Shown here piece by piece: positions 1 through 12,189 of a stretch of 64,000 nucleotides of DNA. Numbering within the stretch: position 1 is the first letter of the stretch; the number at the start of each line of letters is the position of its first letter. Both the position numbers and the translations under genes were made by a program. The notes beneath the pieces were generated by a model that did not search any database, had not been told where the DNA came from, and was given only the letters and a program-made list of their open reading frames with translations. Source of the stretch: Asterionella formosa (lineage: Eukaryota); NCBI GenBank assembly GCA_002256025.1, contig NKIB01005371.1:1-64000 (forward strand). The letters are read 5' to 3'.

Positions 1-757
1 ACATGACATCTGACAATGTATATGCTGCATCACCAACAAGATAAAAACCAGAATCAAATAATGCAGTTTTGTTGGGTAGAGCAGTTCTCTCAAATGCAAC
101 TTGATCACTGCATCGTCCAGGAGCAATCACCCCAAAAAATATAAATCTACTCTCAACATCACAGATAGCCTGAACATTGATACCATAAGTCATGTAATGT
201 CCAGAATAAAAAGCTCCTGGATTGTTTCCACAGTCACGTAGCGTGGGGCGACTAATTGTGGCTAAAAAACCATCAATAGCACCAACACACCCTCTGATCA
301 ACCCTTCTGTGCTCTTTTGTTCAAAGGCTATAGCCAATTTCACCAAAACACTCCTTGTTTTAGGAAATATAATTTTCAGATAATCACAGTTAAGCACGGC
401 TTCAAGAAATAAATCTTGGCATCTATAGATTGAAGCTATGCTACATCCATAGGCATGACGAATGTCAATGTAGCTGCCTCCAGCCAACCATCGAATGCCA
501 ATGGCCAGCACAATTTCTGGGTAAATGGGAGTAGCTGTACCGCACTTGGAGAAATTCCCAATGACATCACTCTCCAGCAAGTAAACCAACTTCTTAAAGG
601 CTCGAAGGGACATTCTATAAGTCTTTTCAAATGCGTCCTCATGACACAGCTTCTTGACATGAGAATGCCATGACATTCTCTCATGCTCCCATTTCGCCTT
701 CCTCTTTTTAACTTTCGTTTCAGCCTCCAGAGCCAGATGACAAAGGATCATTGCCAT
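1..757 (-). CDS. Harbinger/PIF (DDE_Tnp_4-like) transposase, 3'-partial; absent from the ORF track because it runs off the window
   Basis: Manual translation from ATG 757 is open to the edge: ...FEKTYRMSLRAFKKL...LAIGIRWLAGGSYIDI...GCVGAIDG...FYSGHYMTYGINVQAICD...FYLVGDAAY. These are the characteristic Harbinger/HARBI1 motifs. Confidence 0.9.
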   Translation of the reverse strand, partial: MAMILCHLALEAETKVKKRKAKWEHERMSWHSHVKKLCHEDAFEKTYRMSLRAFKKLVYLLESDVIGNFSKCGTATPIYPEIVLAIGIRWLAGGSYIDIRHAYGCSIASIYRCQDLFLEAVLNCDYLKIIFPKTRSVLVKLAIAFEQKSTEGLIRGCVGAIDGFLATISRPTLRDCGNNPGAFYSGHYMTYGINVQAICDVESRFIFFGVIAPGRCSDQVAFERTALPNKTALFDSGFYLVGDAAYTLSDVM

Positions 758-1055
758 CGTTGATATTCACAGCACCTTGTCAGCTATATATTCCATACTG
801 CTACATAATACGCGAAGTTTTCCAACATGGTTTTAGTAATGGAAAATTATCGAAATAATCTGGAGGGAAGCCTGGAGGGATATGCACATGATTGTAGCCA
901 GCCCGTAACCGTTGAATTTTCGTGATACTTTTTGGGTGATACAATTTCATTTTTATTTTTGTGGAGAATGGATTTTTTCGCTTTAAATCGAGTAGCCGTT
1001 ACATGATACTTTTTCAAAAAAAATGATACCAAATCGAAAATGATAAGAACGACCC
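1..1055 (-). mobile_element. PIF/Harbinger DNA transposon, one end (element continues beyond the left edge)
   Basis: Harbinger transposase frame at 757->1. Putative terminus reads GGGTCGTTCTTATCATTTTCG on the minus strand, ending at 1055 and followed by TAA (1056-1058), the typical Harbinger target triplet. The partner TIR is outside the window. Confidence 0.75.
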
Positions 1056-1107
1056 TAAAAATAAAGCCGCCGCAGTCTACATTTCATTTCTTCATTGGTC
1101 CAAAATC

Positions 1108-1285
1108 AGGTACTCTACCTAACCTGGTACCAGGTATCAGGTACTATAGTAAGCACATCCCATTCATCCGCCCTCACATTTTACCGCCTGCAATTTCTTC
1201 TGTATCATACCGGTATTCAAATTAAACTTTTTGGTTACCGGTATCAGGTATTTATACAGGCACTAAAATCAAACACCCGGTATTG
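1108..1285. promoter_or_regulatory. TACCWGGTA/TACCGGTA motif cluster upstream of the AKR gene
   Basis: Palindrome ACCTGGTACCAGGT at 1122-1135 plus several TACCGGTA/CAGGTA copies. Regulatory role is inferred from position only. Confidence 0.5.
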
Positions 1286-1301
1286 AAAAAGGGCCAGATC
1301 G

Positions 1302-2441
1302 ATGAATCTACTACCTAACCAAAGGTCGTTCCAAGATGGCTGTTTCATGGCGGCAATAGCAGGGCTTTTAATACTTATGTCGGTTCTGCCAAGCAAGGCC
1401 TTGCAAGCAAACACAAAGGTTGGTAGCGTGAGGGCCGGTCCAATTCAAATTTCCTCGATGGGATGTGGCACTTGGAGCTGGGGGAATCGATTGCTTTTCA
1501 ACTATGACCCGTCCCAAGACGAAGAAATCTTCCTGGCATATTGTATGTTGAGAAATTCTGGAGTGACGCTCTTTGATACAGCAGATAGCTACGGAACTTT
1601 CGACTTGAATGGACGTGCCGAAATACTGTTGGGTCAGTTTGAACGGCGATATCTAGCAGACAGGGAACACGACAAAAATTGGTGGCATTTCTCGGCTGCG
1701 CCTCGAGCGCAACAAGTGGCCACCAAGTTCGCCCCTTACCCATGGAGAATCACCAGAGGGAGCATGGTTCAAGCGGCTCAGGAGTCGCTGAAACGACTTG
1801 ATCAGCCAAAGCTAGCGATCGCTCAATTACATTGGTCAACGTCAAAGTATCAGCCACTTCAAGAGGGCGCTCTTTGGGAAGGATTGGCTGATGTCTTTGG
1901 AAAAGGACTTTGCGACTCTGTCGGTGTCTCTAATTATGGACCTGTGCAATTGCAAAAAGTTGCTGGATTCTTTCAAGAGCGACAAGTCCCTCTAGCAACG
2001 GCTCAGATTCAATACTCTCTCATGACTTACAAGGATTCCAAGGACATGAATGATGTTTGCGATGATGTGGGTTGCAGGCTCATTAGTTATTCGCCTTTAT
2101 GTCTTGGACTCTTGACGGGGAAATACACACTGGATAACCTTCCTCGACCTGGAAACCCACGTCGTCAACTTTTTCGTGAATTGCTTCCAGGGGCGCAAGA
2201 GCTGCTCAATACACTGGAAGTCTTGGCCAATGATTATGGTAAGACTCAATCACAAGTTGCGATAAATTGGGCAGTTCAAAAGGGAACCGTCCCGATTCCT
2301 GGGGCTCGCACATTTCAAATGGCGAAGGAGAATCTAGGTGCCACTGGTTGGAAATTGAAGGCGGACGCTCTTGAGGAATTGGATCTAGTTGCATTGCGTG
2401 TGTCTAAACCAATGATTCAAAACGTTTTTCAAACAAAGTAA
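1302..2441 (+). CDS. Aldo/keto reductase, pyridoxal-reductase-like, probably plastid-targeted (alternative start at ATG 1347)
   Basis: Motifs GCGTWSWG, FDTADSYG, VATKF, QLHW, VGVSNY, YSPLCLGLLTGKY, PIPGA. Hydrophobic N-terminal signal-like segment. Confidence 0.9.
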   Translation: MNLLPNQRSFQDGCFMAAIAGLLILMSVLPSKALQANTKVGSVRAGPIQISSMGCGTWSWGNRLLFNYDPSQDEEIFLAYCMLRNSGVTLFDTADSYGTFDLNGRAEILLGQFERRYLADREHDKNWWHFSAAPRAQQVATKFAPYPWRITRGSMVQAAQESLKRLDQPKLAIAQLHWSTSKYQPLQEGALWEGLADVFGKGLCDSVGVSNYGPVQLQKVAGFFQERQVPLATAQIQYSLMTYKDSKDMNDVCDDVGCRLISYSPLCLGLLTGKYTLDNLPRPGNPRRQLFRELLPGAQELLNTLEVLANDYGKTQSQVAINWAVQKGTVPIPGARTFQMAKENLGATGWKLKADALEELDLVALRVSKPMIQNVFQTK

Positions 2442-2899
2442 CTCATCTTACCGGTATGCATTAATCAATAATGATACTTGATTTTTCTAAAAGTAGGCTA
2501 CATATATCGACTCCCTTGTATACTTAAGCCCTGATCAACCTTGGGAATTGATGTTGCATGTAAACTCCGATCGCAAATCGAGTAGCAGATCTAGCATTTC
2601 AGGTAACGTTGCATTCCATAGTTATTGGTGCAAGAAATATTATGCGACAAGTAGTAAAGTAACTGCGCAATTGTCTTACGCAGCAGTCTGGTAATGGCTT
2701 GACAGTAACGTATGTTATGGAAGCCCCTCCAATGTCCTTCCGTATTCGAAATATGCTTATGTTCAATCAAGGAGGTTTTCCAAGGAGGGCGCTCGATTTG
2801 AATTCCAACAGTGAATACCAAGTAAAAAATCTAGATCGTTAGAGGGCAAGACACTTTTAACGCGGTACTAAACCAATTAATCAACTTGTTCTCGCATCT

Positions 2900-3639
2900 T
2901 CAAAACTCAAACATGCCAAAGAAGCTCTTCTTCTTCTTTTCTTCAGATGGACCCTTTACGCCCTTCATTGTGTTCACGTTCGGAGGCTTGTAATTTCCGG
3001 CAAACTTCGCTGGCTTAGGGGGTGGTGCATTGGAAGGTCCAGTGCGCCCGCGTGATCCAGTCCAGTCAAGACCTTCTCCTCGTCCAAAGATGGAGATAGA
3101 TTGTTCTTTGAGGAATCCGCCGCCGGCGTATTCTTTGTCTGACGCCAACCAAGGCTTTTTCTTGGCTCCCTTCACATCAGAGTTGTCCCAAGCTCCTCCA
3201 CGTTGCATGTACTGTGAATGGTTCAATGAATTCCTAGATTATAAGCTGCTGTACAGAAACAAGCTAATTCAGGTTGATACACATCACTAAGTATACTTAC
3301 AGGAATATCTTCCATTTTTAATTCTCCCTTCTTGACGCGCTCTTTCGCATTGAGGACAGGGAGCAAATGTTCAGCCTCGCCGCGCTCCATGGCCTCTTGA
3401 AACGATTGCATAGATCGAGACTTGAAACCACGAGGTCCAACACCTCCCAAATTGAGCTTCGCTACTTTTTTCTTCTCGTCCTCTTTGAACTTCTTATAGG
3501 ACTGGGCAGTGAATCCATCAGGAACATATTGGTTAACTACAGTGAGGCTGATACGGGAGGACGTTGAGGGAATTGGTCCCTTCTGGTATGCATCTACGCC
3601 CACAAGCAAAACAGCAGCAATAGCAATAGCAGCCCGCAT
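2900..3639 (-). CDS. Uncharacterised signal-peptide (likely plastid) protein; exons 3639-3301 and 3211-2900
   Basis: N-terminus MRAAIAIAAVLLVGVDAY. GTAAGT...CAG intron 3300-3212 joins ...KMEDIP to YMQRGGAWDNSD... in frame. Confidence 0.85.
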
Positions 3640-3847
3640 TTTGAACTAGTGAAAAAATATGGGAGTTACCAGAAACAGACAACCGAATGGAAACTGAACG
3701 AGGACAGAATATCGTCATTTTTGGTGACCATCGCGCTTACGTAATATCATTGTTCCTTGTTGCCACGTCAACAACCAAACATTTAGGGGGAATCCGGAAG
3801 AAGAAATAACGAATTAAACCAGCAGATATGGTATGTTGCATGATACA

Positions 3848-4020
3848 CTAGTACTATGTCCCTGGTACCATCACATAGAGCACCTCACATGTAGAACTAC
3901 ATACCGGCAGTACCTAGTACCAAGCTTGAAACGTGTGGTAAAAAATGATACTTACTGGTAGATCAAAATATTATTGTTGCTCGTTCTACTTTTCCTATAC
4001 TGGTAGAGTAACTGGTACCA
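3848..4020. promoter_or_regulatory. Looser GGTACC/CTGGTA motif cluster upstream of the 3639(-) gene
   Basis: CCTGGTACCA, TACCGG, GTACCTAGTACC, ACTGGTACCA. Confidence 0.4.
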
Positions 4021-5139
4021 TTAGTAAACTACATTTGGATAATTTGGGACCCCTTCATGAGATGAAATGACCACTGACCATGATGGTTTCATTGGATGGA
4101 CGTCAGAGACCTACTTCTTCGATGGAAGCCACTGTTCTTACTACAGCTGCTAGTCTAGTAAAGGCTGATATAATGGTTGACAGGTATTGTTATATATGTA
4201 GCTAGAGCAATTACTGATTGTAATTGACATCATGAACAAACTCAACATGGCAATGTGTTTGCAAGCATCGAGAGCAATAACTGTCATCCCAACTATTTTA
4301 TTCACATCTCAATGAAGAAATTGCCTTAAAAAAGCATACAAGAGACAATAAAAAAGACAAAGGGGCAACTATTGTGAGTGAGGATGTGATGAAGTGGAAC
4401 GAAAATGCGTAGGAAATGCATTTGGTGATAGTCCTGCTCAATTGTTTCATTCGTGTTACCAGCATATCGACCCGTCTAGCAATTAGCCGTTCAAACTAAA
4501 AATATATAATCACGGATTTACAAATTTACATAGGAATTTAATTCTCAGACCATGACTTCAGACAAAACTCTTCAAAAGTATGGAATTTCTGGGAGCAAAG
4601 CATTTTCAGGTATCACTTATGCAGTTATGTACAGGGAAGGTGCTCAAGAAACGCTTACTGGGGGGGGGGGGTTTAACCAAGATCCCATATTTTTCAAAGA
4701 GTCACAATTTTGACAATATATTCTTGATGGAGGAGTCAAAATCAGAGGGAAGAGGATTAGCATACAATGTTACAGTCTGAAAGACAAAAATTGTTGTAGA
4801 AAGACAAAACGTGTTGAATGGTGCCCCAGCATCTTTTTCAATTTGTACACATGAAGAGCTCCATATGGTATCGGTATACACAGCCATATACCGGTAAGTA
4901 TGGGTTTTACAGGACACTTTGACAGTTATGCAGGTCAGATATGAACACATTGTGTTTGTTGAAAGGGAGAAAGCTTGCAACGGGTGCCAGCAGTGACTGG
5001 TAGCTACATGATTAACAAGGAACTGAGCTAACAAACAGAAATAGACATTACAAACTTAGATAGGAAATTGATACAAATGGATATTGATTTGCTAGATATT
5101 TAGTCAAAAAAGTAATGACAAATTCCCAGGACAAACTCA

Positions 5140-5290
5140 TTGAGAATTTTCAGTAACTTTTGAGCTAAAAGTGTAATGGAACCCTACTACAGAGATTGGA
5201 TTATTAACAGATCTTCGCTCTCTAGAGATGAGTAAAAATACGTTCACTGGTACAGTACCTGCTGATCTTGGTACATTCACTGCCATTTTC
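5140..5290 (+). pseudogene. Leucine-rich-repeat gene fragment (plant-type LRR)
   Basis: Plus frame reads NGTL/frameshift/TEIGLLTDLRSLEMSKNTFTGTVPADLGTFT, matching LxxLxLxxNxLTGxIPxxLGxL. No intact ORF surrounds it. Confidence 0.7.
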
Positions 5291-6331
5291 ATGATGATTG
5301 TTTTCTGCTTTCTTGTGAGCAATGATACTTTCACCTACAAATCAGCACAGATTGTCTTGAAAAATAAATGGATGCTCCGGTCTGAATGCTTCAGTTAAAT
5401 CAAGTGCATGTCCTTTTCACAGTTTTTATTAATTATTTTAGAATAATTGTTGGTAGTTGCATCTATGACTCATTACAAGAACACTCAGACAATTACTTGG
5501 CATTGATTAAAAGGTTGCACTCCTAATAGCTGATATTTGCAGCTAAGGCCTGCCCGCCTGCCAATATGGAATTCGATCTCGTTAGGGGAACCAAACAACC
5601 ATTATGGGAGAATAACTCCCCCCATAAATAAACATGTCTATGCCATTTAATTTAAGTTTTGTAGTCGACCAGAGGCACAAAGCCGATACAGTGGATGTAG
5701 TACAACCTTAACAAATTAGCAATTATATTGTATGTATAGGAAGCAATGATGACACCTATTGGCAGCAAAACTCTCCTCAAATACCAGGATCAAACAATTC
5801 CCATATGTATGATGTAGCACATAGATAAATAGGTGAAAGTATCATTTGAGTTGAGATATGTGGTGAGTAACTGCAACTAGGATCCTGCTCCAATTATATC
5901 GTATACTAGTCACTGTGACTTTCAAGGGCCACAACATTATCTACTTTGGAAGAGATGATAACAAGATGATTGAAGTAGAAGTTGAAACAATCAAAATGGA
6001 TCTAAAGTTGGAGCTTACGAGTCTAGCAGTGGAGACAATAAAATTCGGATGTTAAAAATAAAGATCAAGAAGTGCCGTAGTTGGTAATAAGAAGTAGCTG
6101 AGAGTGACGAACAGGCGTCCATTTAGATACTATATAATATTTTTAACTTCACCTAGCTATTTGATGTAAGGGCTCATTTTGGTCCAGGAACAAGTTGAGG
6201 AATTATACATTTCTATAGAAGAAATCCCCTTATTTATATAAATTATTAAGTAACGAAATGTTAAAGAGCTCGACAATTGTGGAGGCTGTGAAGTGGCACA
6301 TGGTCCCCCAGAGGGCTTTAGAACTGCTTGT

Positions 6332-6456
6332 TGTCTACTTCACCACCACCTGGAACCCAAGAGACTATTAGTCTACATAAACAAAGCAGGTGGAGAATGT
6401 GAAAATCGAACCTGCCACTCCCGGAAGGTGAGCTAACTAACTGAGTTATTCATCCC
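6332..6456 (-). repeat. tRNA-Ala-derived repeat, copy 1 (tRNA-like head 6456-6391 plus non-tRNA body)
   Basis: Minus strand GGGATGAATAACTCAGTTAG...GGCAGGTTCGATTTTCACATTCTCCA has a B-box and a tRNA-Ala-like 3' end. The downstream body resembles 41190-41121. Confidence 0.6.
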
Positions 6457-6490
6457 TTATATATATATTGGGTAATAAATTTATATTTTC

Positions 6491-6692
6491 ATTTATGACA
6501 TTTCGTCCCTCTAACCCTAACCCTTACCTTGTGATGATACCTTGGAAGAGTTTAGATTTAGAGTTAGGATGACGAAATATCATTTTACTATATCGAAACC
6601 GGTCGAAAGGAGGACTTCAGATGCTAGTACCTTGGAAAAGTCTAGGGTTAGGGACGAAACATCAAAATAGATGGGGGATGAAATACCATTTT
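6491..6692. repeat. Fold-back element containing telomeric TAACCC/TTAGGG hexamers
   Basis: TTTCGTCCCTCTAACCCTAACCCT (6501-6524) is inverted relative to TAGGGTTAGGGACGAAA (6643-6659). Internal direct repeat TACCTTGGAA.AGT.TAG...GACGAAA occurs twice. Confidence 0.6.
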
Positions 6693-6720
6693 TATACATC
6701 GGGTTAAATCCGGCTCATTA

Positions 6721-7573
6721 GGCTGATTTCAGTCTCTATTTGAGGCTAAATGTGAACATTTTGTTGTTACTTTGCATCATTTATTTTTTGATACAATTGG
6801 AATTGATGACCATATTGGATTGCTCTTTTATGTATTCAACTTTCACCTGTTCCAAATTCCTGACTTTACCCATTCATTATCAAACAAATTGTCTGCAACT
6901 TCATCATAATAAAACAATTTTCAGAGGATGGGTAATTGTCAATACCAATATCAAAAAAACCAGCTGGAATGGCAGTATTGTCAGAGTCATGAACTGCGCC
7001 AGTGCACTTGACATGAGAAGCTCTGAAAGCATCACTTCTCCTTCTAATGCCTCCTTAAGTGCATAATTGCCTTCATCATAGTAAAAGGTGCCTGCATCAC
7101 CATCAGAAATGATCTAGAAATGATTTTCAAGGGCATACATCTCAGTCAAATCAGCATTGCCAGTCCCAGGAGCTGTGACTGGCTGCAATCGCCATAGTCA
7201 CCTGCTCCTTACCTCTGATTTTCTCAAGCTCCCTCTACAGAACTGTCATTCTTTGAAGTTGATGACCTTTCGCAATGTTCACATTATGATTTCGGATTCA
7301 CAGTGACTGGGGAATGTACTTGGATAGGCATGAAACAACAGCACCTGCCTTTGCCCATTGTCAATTTTCATTTTCATACCAGCATCCTGCACAAATATTT
7401 TTAAGATTATTTCAGCAGGCAGACTTCTCATGCATCTGAATTTTTTAAACCTATAAACTTATTTCCATGCATACCTCCAGAAACCCACAGTTCTGTAGAT
7501 TTAGAGTAACTTTTTCAGAAATGAAATATAACCCAGACTGAATCCTTTCTATTAGTCTAGACTGAAATCAGCC
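6721..7573. mobile_element. Non-autonomous DNA transposon (MITE-like) with 15-bp TIRs
   Basis: GGCTGATTTCAGTCT (6721-6735) and AGACTGAAATCAGCC (7559-7573) are perfect inverted repeats, each flanked by TA. The interior has no convincing ORF. Confidence 0.7.
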
Positions 7574-7622
7574 TAGCCGGAAAGAATCCGAGGATTTCAA
7601 AACCGTTTCGAAAGCAAACATT

Positions 7623-7655
7623 TACCTGGTACCCTGGTACCTCAGGTACCTGGTA
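7623..7655. promoter_or_regulatory. Tandem TACCTGG/GGTACC cluster about 45 bp upstream of the PDI-like gene
   Basis: TACCTGGTACCCTGGTACCTCAGGTACCTGGTA. Confidence 0.5.
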
Positions 7656-7699
7656 TGTAGTGACATGATGGTTACTCTGTATCAGTAATTGCGATCACG

Positions 7700-9721
7700 A
7701 TGAAGCCGTTTCCATGCATTGTGCCATTCCTTTTCGGTCTGATACTACTGCTAGTAGAAGTGTCATGTTTGACTCACAGTGAGGATGCAACATCGAACGA
7801 TGTAAGCAGCGAGCAGCATCGCACCGAAAATGGTCTAGTCGTTCTTTCCGACGGTGAGTGATGCGAGCCCTATGTACATTATTATGCCTATCGATTCAAT
7901 GTGTTTGGTCCTCATAACAAAGTCCATTATATCGCTTCGCTCACACCGTTCATTAACTCTGAAGTAAATCACGCTCGAGACCTCCTCGACGGTAATGAAA
8001 AGCGTCTCATGCTGGTAGTCGTTTACGTTCCTTCTTGTGTGCACTCTGCACTGCTTTTAACTATAATGGAAGGAGCGTCGCTTCAGCTTGAGGAATTCTT
8101 CCGTTTCTTCCCCGATCATGCAACAGCAACATCATCAATAACACTAGAACCGCCAATTCTCGCAAAACTAGACCTGAGAAATACAGACGATTCCTTTACT
8201 AAATCACTTGCGATTGATGCTTTGCCCATTTTGTATTTCTTTAGGGTAGTCAATGATGAATTGGTCGTTATGGACTACATGGGCCATCCATCATCTGAAG
8301 ACTCGTCATTCAAGGTTGTATCCATGGTGTTGCACTACTGGTACCGGTACATGTATGGGCCGGTCATTGCCTTGCCATCCATGGGACATTTATACCCATT
8401 TTTGGACTACCATGGATCAGCCATGTTGAGCCCCGTCAAGGGCGGCCATCATCCGGATTACACCAAGGAGGAACGACAAATCATTGAATGGCTCATGGAC
8501 ACACCCGATGATCCTTTCTCAATACTAGTACAATGCCAATCATCAAAAACGTCTCTACAAAAAGAAACATACGAAGAAATAACTGACTTTTGTCAACTTC
8601 AATCTGCTCGACGAGATTTGGCATGTTTTTCCATCGCGGAATGTAATGATGATGGCAATAATGTTATGATGGTGGATGGAGATATTGTATCAATTCTGTT
8701 ACATCCGAAAAATTTTACACCTATGTCAAGTCTCAAAAAGATGGCAACCCAAACATTGCATCAATTTGGAATTCAACGATCAACTCCAACACTGTTGTTC
8801 TTTGAACGGATCTCAACAGCACCAATCGCATTTCCGTTGTGGAGGTCCTTGCATGCTGTGCTATTTGTATCATTGGCCATGGACAAGGCATCCAAGGATG
8901 CCATTTTGCAATTCTATGAAGCGTGTTTGACACATCGCCTGAGTACTGGTGCTACCAATACTACCACCGCTACCTCTACTACTGCTACTACTACTATGGA
9001 CATCGATGATATGGTATGCTTGGTTGTGCCAGATACGGAAACAAGAGTCTTGACTTCTTTTGGGATTGATATTTGGACACCACTTGATCACCGCATTACG
9101 AAAGGGACTGCACTACCAGAATTGTTGCCGACTCTGATGATAACCGACAAGCGAGCTTCGAACCAACTCAAGCGATATTATTTGGACGCTCCACACATTA
9201 TTCAAGAGAATCGTGCTATTTTAACATTCTTTCGAGCCTTCTGGAACAATACTATACAACCAGAATGTAAATCCTCCAATAAACCACTTCGAAAAAATAA
9301 ATATGGCGTGGAAATGATTTCCGGCAAGACTTTCAAGCATGCTGTGATGGATCGAGAGTCGCAACATTCCTTGTTGTACGTCTCCTCACCAACTTGTGGC
9401 CATTGCAAGCGATTTAGTATTCTTTGGAATAAGCTGGCCACCTTGGTGAACCATGTGGGTTGGTCTGAATTTTTGGACATTCAACAATTGGATTCCACCC
9501 AGAATGAAATTTTAGAGGTAGAGATTGATCCTGCATTTGTGCCTGCAGTATACTACTTTGCTCCCAATCAAAAGAACAGTCCAATCTACTATGATGATGC
9601 TGACCAGTTCGGAAATGGGGCAGGGCGACTTGATGATCCACTTGACATTGTTGATTGGTTCCTTGATGTAGCTAAGTTGGATGAAGGCCAACTTTTGGCT
9701 TCTTTGGAATCACCAAGCTAG
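7700..9721 (+). CDS. Secretory-pathway thioredoxin-fold (PDI-like) protein; exons 7700-7853 and 7965-9721
   Basis: ATG 7700 gives signal peptide MKPFPCIVPFLFGLILLLVEVSC. GTGAGT...AAG intron 7854-7964 joins in frame. C-terminal thioredoxin domain has PTCGHCKRF and VPAVYYF. Confidence 0.8.
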
Positions 9722-11300
9722 CGGTATTTTCGCCTCCTAAATAACACGAAAATCCGCCAGTAGGCTATCTAGAAATAGAAATGGAAATATGCACAATGCA
9801 TGGAATGTCATTTGCAAACATGTGGCTCCAATCAATCTGAGAAATGAGTGATCTGCCTCCAAATTGGCTGTCAATCCTCATTTTCACCAAACATAATGCA
9901 TTTTTTCTCAAGGCCAATGTGAACTACTGGTATTACCTTGAAAATTCTTCAACAATAAGCTCTAAGGGACAGCAATGCCATTATGCATGTTGTTATATTC
10001 TGCTTCACCTTCGCCTTGTGCAACAATCGCAATGGTGCACCAATGTTTTGCATAAATTTTATTGTACCTGCATCCACATTCCTTTTTTGCTCAAGGTATT
10101 CTAACCTGGCTTTCCACTTAAAAGATCCATAGTCAACTCCATACTCACTCTTGCCATCATTACCTGCATCCACATGTGAAGTGTTCATTCTGGTGCATCA
10201 TGCATGACAAAATCATACTTCATCATTTCTTGGCCAGGTTTTGTGTAATTTGTACATTCCTTGTCATATGCTGCAGATGACATTTGAAAGCTACACAAAA
10301 CATATTGTAATGTTGGTGAAATGATGAGGCAATATGAATGAAGCATGCAAATATCTATTCAGAATATATTATGCACAAATAAGTTTCACGGCTGTTGGGC
10401 TGCTATTGGGATGGCTACTTTTCCAGAAAACCAAGGCTGGTAATGCCAGGAAGTGCTATGCTAGCTCCCCTACTATCTTAGTAGTTTTAAAGCGCTTAAC
10501 AAATGAGGTTATATATGCACAAATGGGTTTTCTTGGTTTTGATTAAAAAATGCAATCAACCAATTAACAAGGTGCTCTGAAATTGAATCTCCACCTACAT
10601 GTAATTCACAGCCAAAACCATGCTTCTATTTTTGACTAGCCAATCTTACCACCAGTAGTACCTAGTATATTTAGCTAGCAGCTGGAATTCAATCCATGAC
10701 CATCAAGCTAACCTTGCTTTGCAGCAGCAAGCACATATTATTTACATGATGTTCACAATTGCAAACTTTGGAAGTCCATTCTTGAAGATTATCCACACAT
10801 ATTGTGAACTTGTGCTTTGCAAATGAAATATCTTTTAAAGCAGAACATTAGCTGAATTTTCATCATCGATAATCTCAGTCTGAAGTTTAATGTTATAATG
10901 CACCCCTAGGCAAAAATTAAGATATTGCTTAGGGTTGCCGAAATTCCCTGGAAATAAGAATTTTTATAATCTAATCTTGAATGACATGATTCCATTTGAA
11001 ATATTGAAACCAGGGGAAATGTGCGCATATTTACATAGATTTCTTTTCGAATTTGCTAAATAGATATAAAAACAATCTACATTGCTCAATGTATATATAT
11101 CCTTAGTATACTACAATCATCACCATACATGTGTCATATGACCCGGTGGAATGGTAAATATTTGTTTTTGACTAAATAACCAAAAATACGACTTTCAACC
11201 ATGAGTGAAATTACACACCATCAGGAGAAGCACAGCAACTATGAATTCAACTATAGTTAGTATGATACATGTCAAACCAAACTGTCAAGACTGGTTAATT

Positions 11301-11660
11301 GTAGAGTCGGAATTAGAGGGACGTGAGGCACACATCTTCTGCGAATGCTGCGATTTTGGTTTCCCTGAATGTCAGTGCCAATGAGATGAAGTTGAAGAGT
11401 TGGTGGAGAAGTTTTTGGAAGGTGATTTCATTCTCACAAGAATGAATGAAGGATAAAGACAACACGTCATCAAGAGCATGCTATCTTGTTTACAAATTTT
11501 GATCAGAATTTTCTGTGGACCATTGGGAAAAGACATTTGGCATGAACTCCCTGACTGTTGTTTGGAAGGGGTTCAATTCATCTTGAAAAACAAGGACCCA
11601 AGCAAAGAGTACACTGGTTTCAAACCAACTCCTGAACGTTCTAAATCTAGTAGTTATTAG
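11301..11660 (+). pseudogene. Decayed Cys-rich ORF resembling the P2X7 C-terminal 'ballast'/nanor-like domain
   Basis: CECCDFGFPECQCQ*...GPLGKDIWHELPDCCLEGVQFILKNKDPSKEYTGFKP matches the G-x-LG-x-x-x-R-x-x-LP-x-C...Y-x-GF pattern. Contains in-frame stops. Confidence 0.55.
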
Positions 11661-12189
11661 TGTTTTTACAAATTTCATTCATTTTATTAGTAAATCAACT
11701 TCAATCCACCCATGTTCATTGTTTCAAACACTTCTAGAAGTGAGGAATTTATTTCTTAACGTTCTAACAAATCAACCACAAGAACAACAAAACCAATTAA
11801 AGAGAAAATTATGCCATGTTCTCTTGGTGATCCATTTCATTTCCAAAATTGGAGTTGGCGGTAAAGGAGGACAAATTATAGTTGCCAATGAAAATAGGGG
11901 TTCAAATGCAGGAACCTTTATTTAGGTGAAGTGTCAAATTGTTCAGACTGCCTTTTACATGAAATTTCAAAAAGTAGGATAGTACTTGGCTTAGTTACAG
12001 GGCAGGGCATCTTCACAAAAACGCTCTCACATTGATGAACACAAACCATTTTTTGGATTCTCTGCCCATGCATGCGAGACATCACTACCAGATTCACAAC
12101 CAAGGGGTAAAGGCAACAACAAGACTTGACAGAGCAGACTCTTCACAAGAAGTCGCCCCAAGATTCTACATAATACTATGCGTGTGTGT

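Noticed and set aside
9850..10300. Coding-like relic on the minus strand
   Set aside because: No motif I can assign, and many stops in all frames.
10678..10735. Third tRNA-like fragment on the minus strand (GGTCATGGATTGAATTCCAGCT)
   Set aside because: Only a weak T-arm resemblance, with no cloverleaf and no shared body with the two Ala-derived copies.
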